A stretch of DNA of 64,000 bases from Octopus sinensis (taxonomy: Eukaryota), in NCBI RefSeq assembly GCF_006345805.1, contig NC_043014.1, positions 16,740,001 through 16,804,000 of the forward strand, in the 5' to 3' direction. Positions within the stretch are counted from its first letter, which is position 1; each line of letters opens with the position of its first letter. The notes below the pieces were generated by a model. The model had not been told where the DNA came from. It ran no database searches and saw only the letters and a list, made by a program, of their open reading frames with translations. Positions 22,771 to 36,434 of the stretch are shown here, piece after piece. A program made the position numbers and the translations under genes.

Positions 22771-24382
22771 AATTGTTATATATATATACAGAGAGGGAGA
22801 TAAAGAGAGAGAGAAAGAGAGAGAGAGAGAGCAATATGAGAATATCAAAGTAAATAAGAAATCAGTACTAATGTTCACATCACTACTGTTATCTGGGCTG
22901 TTTCTCGGTCAACTAGAAATAGCAACCAAATCTCCTTCAACCATCAAAAGCGCCTTACATAATGAACGATTACATTGAATAAATTTAATCGAGTAATACT
23001 AGTTTCAAATTTTGGCACAAGACCAGCAATTGTTGGGAGGGAGCGGGGAGGTTTAAGTCGATAACATCAACCCCAGTATTCAACTTGTACTTATTTTGTG
23101 TGAAGACCGAAAGGATGAAAGGAAAAGTCGACCTCGATGGACTTTGAACTCGGAAGATAAAGACGGACAAAATGCCGCTAAGCATTTTGCCCGGCACGGT
23201 AACGATTCTGCCAGTTCGCAGCCTTATTAATATTAATAGGACAGGGTCGTCGCAAATGGAATACATTTTGTCATAGATCTATCTACTGGATGAAGGTAAC
23301 GTTAGCACGCCGGGTGAAATGCGTAGCCGTATTTCGTCTGTCGTTACGTTCCGAATTCAAATTCCGCCGAGGTCGACTTTGCCTTTCATCCTTTAGGGGC
23401 CGATAAATTAAGTACCAGTTACGCACTGGGGTCGATGTAATAGACTTAATCCCTTTGTCTGTTCTTGTTTGTCCCCTCTGTGTTTAGCCCCTTGTCGGTA
23501 GTAAAGAAATATATTATCTATTGCTCATTCTTATCGCAAGGCGGTAAGCTGGCAGAAACGTTAGCACGCTGGGCGAAATGCTTCGCGGTATTTCGTCTGC
23601 CGTTACGTTCTGAGTTCAAATTCCGCCGAGGTCGACTTTGCCTTTCATCCTTTCGAGGTCGATTAAATAAGTATCAGTTATGCACTGGGGTTGCGTCTAC
23701 CCTTGTTTGTCCTCTCTGCGTTTAGCCCCTTGTGGGTAGTTAAAAAAAAGGGCTATCAAAGACTAAACAACAGCTGCAGCAACATTATGGAGCTAATATA
23801 TATATAATAGCCTGTCACGCCCCTGCAATTAGCTCCATGTTACTTGATGGTAGATAAGTTGGCAATTACAACAACGATAATCTTTCAGTATTTGTCTGAG
23901 ATCACAACACAACACCATTTACACGATATGAGCAGGAGACTTTTTCAGCCTTGAGTTTGTGAGGTTTTTCTTATTTCACACACGGACTTCTTGAAACGGT
24001 TTTGTTGGGTTTAAGAAAATGCTGTGTCGGTGACGGTTTACCCTTATTTATAAATAGGCGTTCTACGTATTATAAATTGTCTTTAGACAGAAACCATTAA
24101 ATCGTGTGGGCAACACCGGTGAAGTTTGCCATTATGAAGCTATTTGACGAAAGATATACGAAGGACGTTTCCTGTCGCCTTTACAATTTATGGCCAACCG
24201 TACGTGCTAATGAAACGGTGTTGTGTACTTCTAAACGGCACCGTTTTGTAAATTGGTGCATTGAAAGATTGATGGCCCAAGTACCTTTGCTAAATAAGGA
24301 ACTCGCTGAAAAAGAATATGCATACATACATATATAGATATGTATGTCTGTGTGTGTGTGTAGGCTACATATATTACATATG

Positions 24383-24474
24383 GCTTACGGCCATATCACG
24401 TTGAAAGCACCGGTTCTCGTCCGATCACCGAAGTTAAGCAACGTCGAGCCTAATTAGTACTTAGATGGCGTGAC
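24383..24474 (+). pseudogene. 3'-truncated 5S rRNA copy (first ~92 nt) fused to a SINE
   Basis: GCTTACGGCCATATCACGTTGAAAGCACCGGTTCTCGTCCGATCACCGAAGTTAAGCAACGTCGAGCC..TTAGTACTTAGATGG matches animal 5S; the last ~28 nt are missing. Confidence 0.9.
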
Positions 24475-26004
24475 TATGTGGAAAGAAGCTTGCTTCCCAG
24501 CCACATGGTTCGGAGTTCAGTCCCACTGCATAGCACGGTGAACAAGTGTCTTCTACAATAGCTTCGGGCCGACCAAAGATTTGTGAGTGGATTTGGTAGA
24601 CGGAAACTGAAAGAAGCCTATCTTATGTATATATCTATGTGTGTGCGTGTGTGTCTTTGTGTCTGTGTTTGTCCACTCTCCACCCCCACGCACCACCGTT
24701 TGACAACCGGTGTTGGTGTGCTTACGTCTCCGTACCTTAGCGTTTCGTTCAAGAGACAGGTAGAATAAGTACAAGTCTCAAACAAAATAAGTCCTGGGAT
24801 CGATTTGTTCGCTTTAAAATCATTTCAAGGCAGTGCTCTGGCATGGCCACAGGCCACAGTCAAACGACTGAAACAAGTAAAAGATAAAACATGTAGTAAG
24901 AAGCTTGCTTCCCAACCATGGTTCCAGGCACAGTTCTACAGCGTGTTACCTTGGGCAAGTTTCTTCTGCTGTGGCCTCGGGGTGACCAAAGCCTTGTGAG
25001 TGGATTTGGTAGATGGAAACTGAAAGCTCGTCATATATATATATGTGTGTGTGTGTAAGCATATATTTGGGTGTGTGTCTTTGTGTCTGTTTCCAGCTTC
25101 TATCGCTTGACAACCGATGTCGGTGTGTTTACGTCTCTGTAGCATAACATTTCGGCAAAAAAGACCGATAAAGTAAGTGCTAAGCTTACAAAGAATAAGT
25201 TCTGGGATCGATTTCTTCGATTAAAAGGCGGTGCTCCAGCATGGCCACAGTCCAATGACTGAAACAAGTAAAATTAAAACAATAAAGTCACGAAATTGAA
25301 TAAAATATTTTAAAAACTTTAAAATTAATTCCAGATATTCATGGCAACTTGTATTCTAAGACATGTGTGAGGATTTCATAGAATGGACGGAAAGGACCTG
25401 CCGGAGCGTGTGGTTCCAGTACTGAATCCCAGAGTCTGGGGAGTAATGGTAGTTGAAGGCAGTGAGCTGGCAGAAACGTTAGCACGCCGGGCTAAATGCG
25501 CAGCCGTATTTCGTCTGCCGTTACGTTCTGAGTTCAAATTCTGCAGAGGTCGACTTTGCCTTTCATCCTTTCGGGGTTGATAAATTAAGTACCAGTTACG
25601 CACTGTGGTCAAGGTAATCGACTTAATCTATTTGTCTGTCCTTGTTTGTTCCCTCTGTGTTTAGCCCCTTGTGGGTAGTAAAGAAATAGGTAGTTGTGTC
25701 TTACATCCCCAGGCTTCAGCCATGAGAACAGGCAAATCCATCCCAGTGGCTTCTAGTAGATCTCAACAGACCCTTGGAGGTTCATATAAGATTTTGTTTG
25801 ATAAAAATTGATTATTTTATATTTGTTGCAAAAAAATTGATTTTATTTCTACAAGACACAAAATATTTTAACAATTTTTTTGAAAACAATTCCTAATAAT
25901 ATTTAATTATAAAAATATATTACGCTTTGTTTAAACATCGAATGGCTACGAAGGTACATCCAAGTAAATTAGGAATTGAAGGGGTCCATAGGGTCCGTTC
26001 GTTC

Positions 26005-26395
26005 GTTTGATCGTTTCTTCCTTCCTTCATTTCCTCCCTTCCTTCATTTCCTTCCTTCCTTCTTTCCTTCCTTCCATACTTCCTTACCTAATTACTAAAT
26101 TACTCCCTTATTTCCTTCCTTCCTTTCTTCATACCTTCCATACTTACTTACTCCCTTCTGTCTTTCCTTCGTTCCATACTTCCTTACCTACTTATTCCCT
26201 TCCTTCCTTCTTTCCTTCCCTCATTTATTTCTCCCTTCCTTCCTTCCATACTTTCTTACCTACTTATTCCCTTCCTACCTACCTTCCTTCTTTCTTTCCA
26301 TCCCTCATTCATTTCCTCCTCCCTTCCTTCCTTACTTACCTCCCTCATTCATTTCTTCCTTCCTTCCTTCCCTCCCTCCCTTACTTCCATCATTC
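26005..26395. repeat. (CTTC)n-type pyrimidine-rich low-complexity tract
   Basis: Degenerate TTCC/CTTC/CTTA repeats. Confidence 0.92.
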
Positions 26396-27224
26396 ATTAA
26401 TATTTTACGAGTTAAACTAAACGAATTAACTAATAACACTGAAATAAGTCTACCTTTGTCTTAACCACTCCATCAATAACCACAGTCATTCCACCGTTTC
26501 GTTCCATTTAAAATTAATATCAATTTAATTTCACAATTACTTCCCTGTTTCCTTCTCTTTTAAGAAAGAAAATACAATGCATAATTAAGCTAATGATTTA
26601 TTATCAATCACTACAGTTGTAATTATAGTTGATTAATATTTCTCTATCTGCTGCAATTATCATCACGACAAACACTACGACTGCTGCCACCATTGTTATG
26701 GTCGCTGTTGTCATCGTCATCTATTTCATCATCATCATCATCATAACTCATCACTCATCATCCATCATCATCATCATCATCATCATCATCCACAACAACA
26801 GCAGCAGTATTCAGTTTTGTATTTGGCCGAAACATTAGATCGTTGGAATATGTTTTGTGATATTTGTTCGGACCACTACCATTTTGAATTACGTCTGATG
26901 TCTTGCAAACAACTTGCACATGCAAGTGCTACCAGTCAAAAACTCTGCATACTGAAAGAAGCCAGCAAGTGTATGAGGTCATCAGGAGAGAATGCGCACC
27001 GTTTCGGGGCCTACCTCTCAACGGCATCAATGCGCAGCAGCTGCCTGCCCCCCCTCACTCATATGAGGCCCCGCTTGCTAGATCAGCTGTTTATCAAATA
27101 AAGCTCAATATTCTTCTAGCCATCGCTCATTTATGACTCCAAACTTACAGGGAAAAATTCAGTTTACTAATAAACCAAATTTCACAATATAAATACATAA
27201 TATATATAATAGTGTTTTTTTTCT

Positions 27225-27428
<204 letters not shown>

Positions 27429-27918
27429 CTTTTCATTAATTGAACCTATGCGTAACTTTTAGAGAATTTATTGTGAAATAAACATAAAATTAGCAGTCAA
27501 GGCATTCACTGGTTTTTATTTACGTAAAATCAGAAAGTCCAAAGAAGTAATATATTCACAATATATTTCATAACACTTTTTTAATGTGAATTACGATTGA
27601 CATAATGCAATAGGCAATTATGTGTAACAAGTGCACGTTTTGCATAAGCATTAGTTTTTTAAGTAAATTGAATATTCATAAAATAATGTTTAAAACATAT
27701 ATATTAGCGACAGAGACAGCATTAATATCGAGTGGTGATATTTACACCAGCCCAAAAGTGGATGCCCTATTAGAACGAGTTTGTCTGACTTATATGTTGG
27801 AATAAATTGTATCTAAAAATACTCCCTTATAAATTGCATCGTGTTTTGCTAGATTTAGAGTTATAACAAATTTTATTGAGAACCTAGACTTGCTAAACCT
27901 CCGGCTTATATTTCAGCT

Positions 27919-29491
27919 AGAAAATCTTTTTCAGATGATGAAGTTCCATCCAACCACCTCTCAAGCTTCTTTGATAACGTCCAGGTTTCTGAGCCATATA
28001 GTAGAATTGGTTCGACTGTGGCTTTGACGAATTCAAGTTTGAAGTCTCTACTAAGATTTGATGACCAGTTTTTATGCATATCATTACAGGCTGACCAGGC
28101 CATACCCTTTATAGTTAGAAAATCTTTTTCAGATGATGAAGTTCCATCCAACCGCCTCTCAAGCTTCTTTGGTAATGTCCAGGTTTCTGAGCCATATAGT
28201 AGAATTGGTTCGACTGTGGCTTTAAAGATTTCAAGTTTGAAGTCTCTACTAAGATTTGATGACCAGTTTTTATGCATATCATTACAGGCTGACCAGGCCA
28301 TACCCTTTATAGTTAGAAAATCTTTTTCAGATGATGAAGTTCCATCCAACCGCCTCTCAAGCTTCTTTGGTAATATCCAGGTTTCTGAGCCATATAGTAG
28401 AATTGGTTCGACTGTGGCTTTAAAGATTTCAAGTTTGAAGTCTCTACTAAGATTTGATGACCAGTTTTTATGCATATCATTACAGGCTGACCAGGCCATA
28501 CCCTTTATAGTTAGAAAATCTTTTTCAGATGATGAAGTTCCATCCAACCGCCTCTCAAGCTTCTTTGGTAATATCCAGGTTTCTGAGCCATATAGTAGAA
28601 TTGGTTCGACTGTGGCTTTGACGAATTCAAGTTTGAAGTCTCTACTAAGATTTGATGACCAGTTTTTATGCATATCATTACAGGCTGACCAGGCCATACC
28701 CTTTATAGTTAGAAAATCTTTTTCAGATGATGAAGTTCCATCCAACCGCCTCTCAAGCTTCTTTGGTAATGTCCAGGTTTCTGAGCCATATAGTAGAATT
28801 GGTTCGACTGTGGCTTTGACGAATTCAAGTTTGAAGTCTCTACTAAGATTTGATGACCAGTTTTTATGCATATCATTACAGGCTGACCAGGCCATACCCT
28901 TTATAGTTAGAAAATCTTTTTCAGATGATGAAGTTCCATCCAACCGCCTCTCAAGCTTCTTTGATAACGTCCAGGTTTCTGAGCCATATAGTAGAATTGG
29001 TTCGACTGTGGCTTTGACGAATTCAAGTTTGAAGTCTCTACTAAGATTTGATGACCAGTTTTTATGCATATCATTACAGGCTGACCAGGCCATACCCTTT
29101 ATAGTTAGAAAATCCTTTTCAGATGATGAAGTTCCATCCAACTGCCTCTCAAGCTTCTTTGGTAATATCCAGGTTTCTGAGCCATATAGTAGAATTGGTT
29201 CGACTGTGGCTTTGACGAATTCAAGTTTGAAGTCTCTACTAAGATTTGATGACCAGTTTTTATGCATATCATTACAGGCTGACCAGGCCATACCCTTTAT
29301 AGTTAGAAAATCTTTTTCAGATGATGAAGTTCCATCCAACTGCCTCTCAAGCTTCTTTGGTAATGTCCAGGTTTCTGAGCCATATAGTAGAATTGGTTCA
29401 ACTGTGGCTTTAAAGATTTCAAGTTTGAAGTCTCTATTTAGATTTGATGACCAGATCTTATGCATGTCATTACAGGCTGACCAGGCCATAC
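27919..29491 (-). repeat. 8 tandem copies of a 198-bp LINE-derived unit (66 codons)
   Basis: AGAAAATC recurs at 27919, 28117, 28315 and every 198 bp to 29305. The unit matches the LINE at ~45665-45850. Confidence 0.95.
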
Positions 29492-30180
29492 CTGCATACA
29501 TCCACAAGTAACTGTCATCACATTCATAAAGAACTACACTCACTGCACATATTTCACTGGTGTCTGTAGACTCCATATGATGTGAATCACTTTACAGAGT
29601 GTGTTGGATGCTTTTATGTGGCACCACACAGACACTTTTAAATGCTCCCACATGGGCATTTTTACATGACACCACATGGATGCTTTTACATGAACCACGC
29701 TGGCATGTTTACACGTTGCTGCAGAAGTGCTACTACCCGTCTCCACACAGGGACTTTTACATGGTACCACCATGGGTACTTTACACAACCATATCTTCTT
29801 GAGTACATCCAGGTGCCAGGTGTGTCGGTCCTTTCTCATCTCACCTGAAAGGTTGAGATTCCTGAGGGTTGTTCTTCAGTATTTCATCCCATGGCTTCCT
29901 GGCTCTCCCATTTCCATCCACTAAGAGACCAGCACTTCTTTATGAAGCTGTCAGCATCCATCTGCATCACATGAACAAACCATTGCAGTCTCCTCTCTTG
30001 CACACAGCAACAAATTCCTCTCATGCCTAACTTCTCTCTCAATACATTAACACTCTCTCAAATATGTACACTTACATAACACATCCAGTGGAGCATACTA
30101 ACCGAAAGGTTATTTTAACATAACGATATACTTGGTAAAATCATTAATTCATTGATTCATTAATATATATATACATATAT

Positions 30181-30355
30181 AGGCGCAGGAGTGGCTGTGT
30201 GGTAAGTAGCTTGTTTACCAGCCACATGGTTCCGGGTTCAGTCCCACTGCGTGGCACCTTGGGCAAGTGTCTCCTACTATAGCCTCAGGCCGACCAAAGC
30301 CTTGTGAGTGGATTTGGTAGACGGAAACTGAAAGAAGCCTGTTGTATATATGTAT

Positions 30356-30387
<32 letters not shown>

Positions 30388-30602
30388 GCATGTGTGTGTT
30401 TGTGTGTCTGTGTTTGTCCCCCTAGCATTGCTTGACAACCGATGCTGGTGTGTTTATGTCCCCGTTATTTAGCGGTTCGGCAAAAGAGACCGATAGAATA
30501 AGTACTGGGCTTACAAAAGAATAAGTCCTGGGGTCGAGTTGCTCGATTAAAGGCGGTGCTCCAGCATGGTCGCAGTCAAATGACTGAAACAAGTAAAAGA
30601 GT
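30181..30602 (+). mobile_element. Full-length ~420-bp tRNA-derived SINE with an internal (TA)/(TG) tract
   Basis: Head GGAGTGGCTGTGTGGTAAG..GGTTCAGTCCC, tail GACTGAAACAAGTAAAAGAG. Other copies at ~24475-24890(+), 24890-25275(+), 33164-33561(-), 48257-48650(-), 58545-58840(-), 62848-63078(-), 6393-6716(-) and 2741-2900(+). Confidence 0.88.
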
Positions 30603-30639
30603 ATATATAATTTCAATATGGAGCAAATAATTTATCATC

Positions 30640-31403
30640 ATCATCATCATCGTTTAACGTCCATTTTCCATGCTTGCATGGGTTGGATGGTTTGACCGGG
30701 GTCTGGGAAGCCAGGAGACTGCACCAGGCTCCAGTCTGATCTGGTAGTGTTTCTACGGCTGGATGCCCTTCCTAACACCAACCACTCTGTGAGTGTAGTG
30801 GGTGCTTTTTACGTGTCACCGGCACAGGTGCCAGGGGAGTCTGGCATCGGCCACGATCGGTTGGTGCTTTTTACGTGCCACCAGCACAGAAGCCAGTCAA
30901 GACGGCGCTGGCATCGGCCACATTCGGATGGTGCTTTTAACTTGCCACCAGCATGGAAGCCAGTCAAGGCGGTGCTGGCATCAGACACATTTGGATGGTG
31001 CTTTTAACGTGCCACCGGCACAGGTGCTAGGGGAGTCTGGCATCGGCCACGTTCAGATGGTGCTTTTTATATGCCACCGGCACAGAAGCCAGTCAAGGCG
31101 GCGCTGGCATCGGCCACATTAGGATGGTACTTTTTACGTGCCACCAGCACAGGTGCCAGGGGAGTCTGGCATCAGCCACATTCGGATGGTACTTTTTACG
31201 TGCCACCAGCACAGGTGCCAGGGGAGTCTGGCATCGGCCACGTTCAGATGGTGCTTTTTATATGCCACCAGCACAGAAGCCAGTCAAGGTGGCGCTGGCA
31301 TCGGCCACGTTCGGATGGTACTTTTTACGTGCCACCAGCACAGGTACCAGGGGAGTCTTGCATTGACCACGTTCGGATGGTGCTTTTTATATGCCACCGG
31401 CAC
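30640..31403 (-). mobile_element. RTE 3'UTR-derived element with ~10 tandem 60-67-bp units
   Basis: (CAT)n end at ~30640; body matches the RTE 3' end at 39900-40196. Shorter relatives at ~3140-3360(+), 17035-17200(-), 32520-32970(+) and 56215-56350(-). Confidence 0.88.
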
Positions 31404-31599
31404 ATGAAAAAAATAATTTGCGAAGATATCAGGATTCATCTTAATCCTTCAGCCCGTTTGTCTTTGCATGGTTGATTTCTGTAGTTATTATCAGAGTATT
31501 TTGGTGATTTAAATAAGAGTTTTCACTGTTATTTCCAACAGGTAGACATACTTGGTATTTCCTTTGATAAATCCTTCACACACACACACACACACATAT

Positions 31600-31740
31600 A
31601 TATTGGGCCATCCCATAAATAATGTGGTTTTTAATCTAAAATATTCTCTCCTTCATTTTCTACAATGCTCTTTCATCTACTTCATAGATTTGCAAGGCCC
31701 TTCTTTCAAAATTCACTTGTCTGTGAAGAAAAATAGTTAA
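31600..31740 (-). mobile_element. Mariner 3' end relic with TIR
   Basis: TATTGGGCCATCCCATAAATAAT end sequence; C-terminal ..KSIVENEGEY-like coding remnant. Confidence 0.65.
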
Positions 31741-32094
31741 ACATCCATGTAGAGCTGTGGATACCCCACCTATGTACCCACAGCATACACTGACATATAT
31801 GTACTTCCTAAATTATATACGGATTTGTCCTTTAAGTTATGCATACACCCACAAGTAAGTGTCATCACATTCATAAAGAACTACACTCACTGCATGTATT
31901 CCACTGTTGACTGTAGACTCCAGATGCAAATGAACTGAAAGAAAGTTCTGAGTAAGGTGAAGAGTAATTAATAACACGGATGGGCTGTGGTTCACTACAG
32001 CTGTTTCAAACACGTTCTTTACTGAAGAACAAAAGTGCTACATCCTGCAAGACAACCATTTCAATCAGGTGAATAAAGGTAAGAATTAGCAATT

Positions 32095-32290
32095 AGAACT
32101 TTTCTACAATGCTTTTTCATCTTCGTTAATTTGCAAGGCCCTTCTTCCAAAATTCACTTGTCTGTGAAGAAAAATTCTTCTCCCATACTGTTCTGACCTC
32201 GTCTACAAAATTCATATTTTTGTTGTCCAAATGATTTTGAAGACTTTGAAATAAATGATAAGCAGATGGGGAAATGTCTGATGAATATAG
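32095..32290 (-). mobile_element. Mariner transposase remnant
   Basis: Translates to SPDISPSAYHLFQSLQNHLDNKK, matching the YSPDLAPSDYHLF mariner motif. Confidence 0.7.
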
Positions 32291-32965
32291 CGGCTAGGGC
32301 TGAGTCGATTACATCGATCTCGTGCAACATTGCAGAGCTTGGATGATTGAAGGTTTCATAAAAGTATTACTGGTGCACCAATCTTGAGGTGCAAGTTGTG
32401 AGATGGGAGGCCTGCTGGTGCCAGGCTATGACTAGTGTCGAGGACCTTTGGAAATATTCTGTGCTTGAGAAAACCTGACAAGACAAGTGAGACCATAGCT
32501 CATGGCCTATGCCACTAGGTGTAACCAGCCCATTTATGAGTACCCCTCATTCATTGGACAATAAACTTTGCTTGTGAAGACATTGAGGCAAGTGAAATCA
32601 AAATCAAAATTGCTGACGTGACCAAAGACAGAACCACCTGATTGGCACTCATGCCAGTGGAATGTTAAAAGCATATCTGAGTGTAATCGTTGCCAGGGTC
32701 ATGGATTGGCTCCTGTGCTGCTGACACGTGAAAAGCACCATTCGAGTGTGGTCGTCACCAGTACTGCCGGACTGGCTTCCTTGCAGGTAGCTTGTAAAAG
32801 CACCCACTACACTTTTGGAATGGTAGGCATTACGAAGGGCATCCAGCTGTAGAAACTTTGCCAGATCAGATTGAGCCTGGTGCACCCTCTGACTCACCAC
32901 TCCTCAGTCAAGCTGTCCAACCTATACCAGTATGGAAAGCGGACGTAAAACGATAACGATGATGA

Positions 32966-32998
<33 letters not shown>

Positions 32999-33894
32999 AC
33001 ATATATGTATAAGATATATATATATATATATGTACATATGTATATTAGAGGCAAAAGGACAACAAAATTCAAGGCAGGGCAGGTATCTCAATTCATTTAG
33101 AATATTTAACTAGGGTAAGGTAAATTGGAACTATTACAGCTGTTTCTGGGATAGCACATCCATACTCATTTACTTGTTTCAGTCATCTGACTGTGGTCAT
33201 GCTGGAGCACCGCCTTTAGTCGAGGAAATCGACCCCAGGACTTATTCTTTGTAAGCCTAGTACTTATTCTATCGGTCTCTTTTGCCAAACCGCTAAGTTT
33301 CGGGGACGTAAACACACCAGCATTGGTTGTCAAGCGATGTTGGGGGGACAAACACAACACACAAACATACACACATATATATATATATACATATATACGA
33401 TGGGCTTCTTTCAGTTTCCGTCTACCAAATCCACTCACAAAGCTTTGGTCGGCCCGAGGCTATAGTAGAAGACACTTGCCCAAGGTGCCACGCAGTGGGA
33501 CTGAACCCGGAACCATGTGGTTCGTAAGCAAGCTACTTACCACACAGCCACTCCTACGCCTGGGTATTCCATCATCATAGACAAGGTGAGCATGTATGAA
33601 AGTTGTAGACAGGTAAAAAAGAGTACCCAGTGTATGGCCATGCTAGCCTATCACTTGGGATATCCCTAGCTCCAGTCTCAATTGTGAACTTGGACGCTAA
33701 AGGATGACCAATTATCACACTTACACACACGTCTCAAATCTACACCTTCAGCCGTTTGTGTCTCTCAAATATTTACCTCTCCCCTATTATTCCCCTATCA
33801 TCATCTTCATATCACCCATGCCCCTATTGCCATACCATATATACATATATATGTGTCTGATGATGATGATGATGATATATATATATATATATAT

Positions 33895-33962
33895 GGTGTT
33901 TTGTTCAAGCTGTATTTTCAGAGAATGATTTACCACAGATATCACAGTGATATGGCTTCTCT
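33895..33962 (-). pseudogene. Isolated single C2H2 finger remnant
   Basis: [21 protein letters not shown] between a microsatellite and unrelated sequence. Confidence 0.7.
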
Positions 33963-34632
33963 CCATTCTCACTGCTTTCTAGTGAGAATGTAGCCAGTCT
34001 GGCTGGTGTGTCACCAGATTTTTAGTTGATCAAGAGTTTGGTGGGTTCCCCAAGTTATGAAGTTAGGTTTGATGAAAACAGTGTGGGGTTCATAATAAGA
34101 ATCTCTTCCAAAATGTTCGTTCACAAGCTTATGAAAATAATTTTAATCTGGACCTTCGAAAACTTATCTCTAAAAAGTTTAATTTGAAGAAACCATTATT
34201 CAGATATTAACAAGGAATCCATCTAGTGTGAGGCACTAAACTATACGTATGCCTCATATTCTTCCTTTCTGGTCTCTTCTGCTTTTATAGCTCTGGAAAC
34301 TTCCCTGATCAACCATTATGTCACCCTTCACCTGGCTGGCATATTTAATGAGTGAAGCATTTAAAATACAATAAACAATGAATATACTGTAATTACAAGA
34401 TGCAATATTCAAGAAAGAATAATGCGTAGGGGTGTGAGGAGGAGGAGATTTGGTATAAGAGGTCCTTATATCATGGAAAGGAAACTGCATGAGTGGTCAA
34501 GGATGGAGTGGGAGGTGAATATTGCAAAAACAAAAGAAACAACTGAAATTTTGGGAAATATTTTAATCATAATTTCCATTGCATAAAATACAGGAATATT
34601 AAACAAATATAGCAAACAGGAAACTATAGAGA

Positions 34633-35626
<994 letters not shown>

Positions 35627-36434
35627 TATTTTTCTCTCAAATCCCAATTAAAATATTTTTCCTGTTTTATTCTTATACTTAATTCCTTACAAATACCCCT
35701 GCTCCTGTATTTCTGTCCACTGTTACCTTTTTCTAGCAGCAATTACATAAATTTATCCAAGTTTCACCAGCACAGAAGCCCCTCTTCTTGATACTCCAGT
35801 CAGTGTTGTTCCAAGTCCTGTCTAATAGTATTATTTCAGAGCAAATGTTTCACAGGAATTCTACAACAGATTTGTACAAACAATGTTACACATCTTTTCT
35901 GCATAATATCTTGCTTAGTCTTCAAAAAATAGTAAATATTGAGGATGTTCCTTCTGTTACGTCAATGTCAGTTGATGTTCTGAAATTATAGAGAAACAAC
36001 AGTGTAAGGTTTAGAGGCTATGTAAAAAATACAGATTCGTTTCTGTTGAGATGAATTATAGAAATAAACATTCAACAACTGAATATTTTGATTTATTAAA
36101 ATGTACATCAGAAAATCTTGTGTAAAGCTTACATATCCATACAGTTTACATACACACACAAACATCTATATATACATCTGTTACATACACACACAAGCAT
36201 CTATATATACATCTGTTACATACGCACACAATCTTATAGCTCCCCCCCTAATTACCGATCAACCTCACGTCTCGTTAAATACAGAATAAATATATTTATA
36301 ATTTTATAGCTCCTTTTACTTATCGATGTCTAAGATAAATTTAGCTCATGTATCTCCCATAAATCTGCAAAATATCTCTCTCTCAAATTTAGGTATTTTA
36401 TACCTACTAATAAGTATTCCTTTCCAAGAAATGA

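Larger units (their letters stand above)
20480..25692. mobile_element. Dense cluster of one tRNA-derived SINE family (GGCGGTGAGCTGGCAGAAACGTTAGC...GTAGTAAAGAAATAGG); about 8 copies, interleaved with other SINEs
   Basis: Copies at ~20480-20710(-), 21373-21568(-), 21572-21870(+), 23030-23230(-), 23300-23510(+), 23540-23740(+), 25455-25692(+). More at ~5200-5350, 10080-10270, 16490-16680, 47895-48112 and 57690-57990. Confidence 0.85.

Noticed and set aside
30800-31400. Regularly spaced ~62-bp repeats that look CRISPR-like
   Set aside because: The spacers are not unique (two recurring types), there are no cas genes, the context is eukaryotic and the array is part of the RTE 3'UTR.
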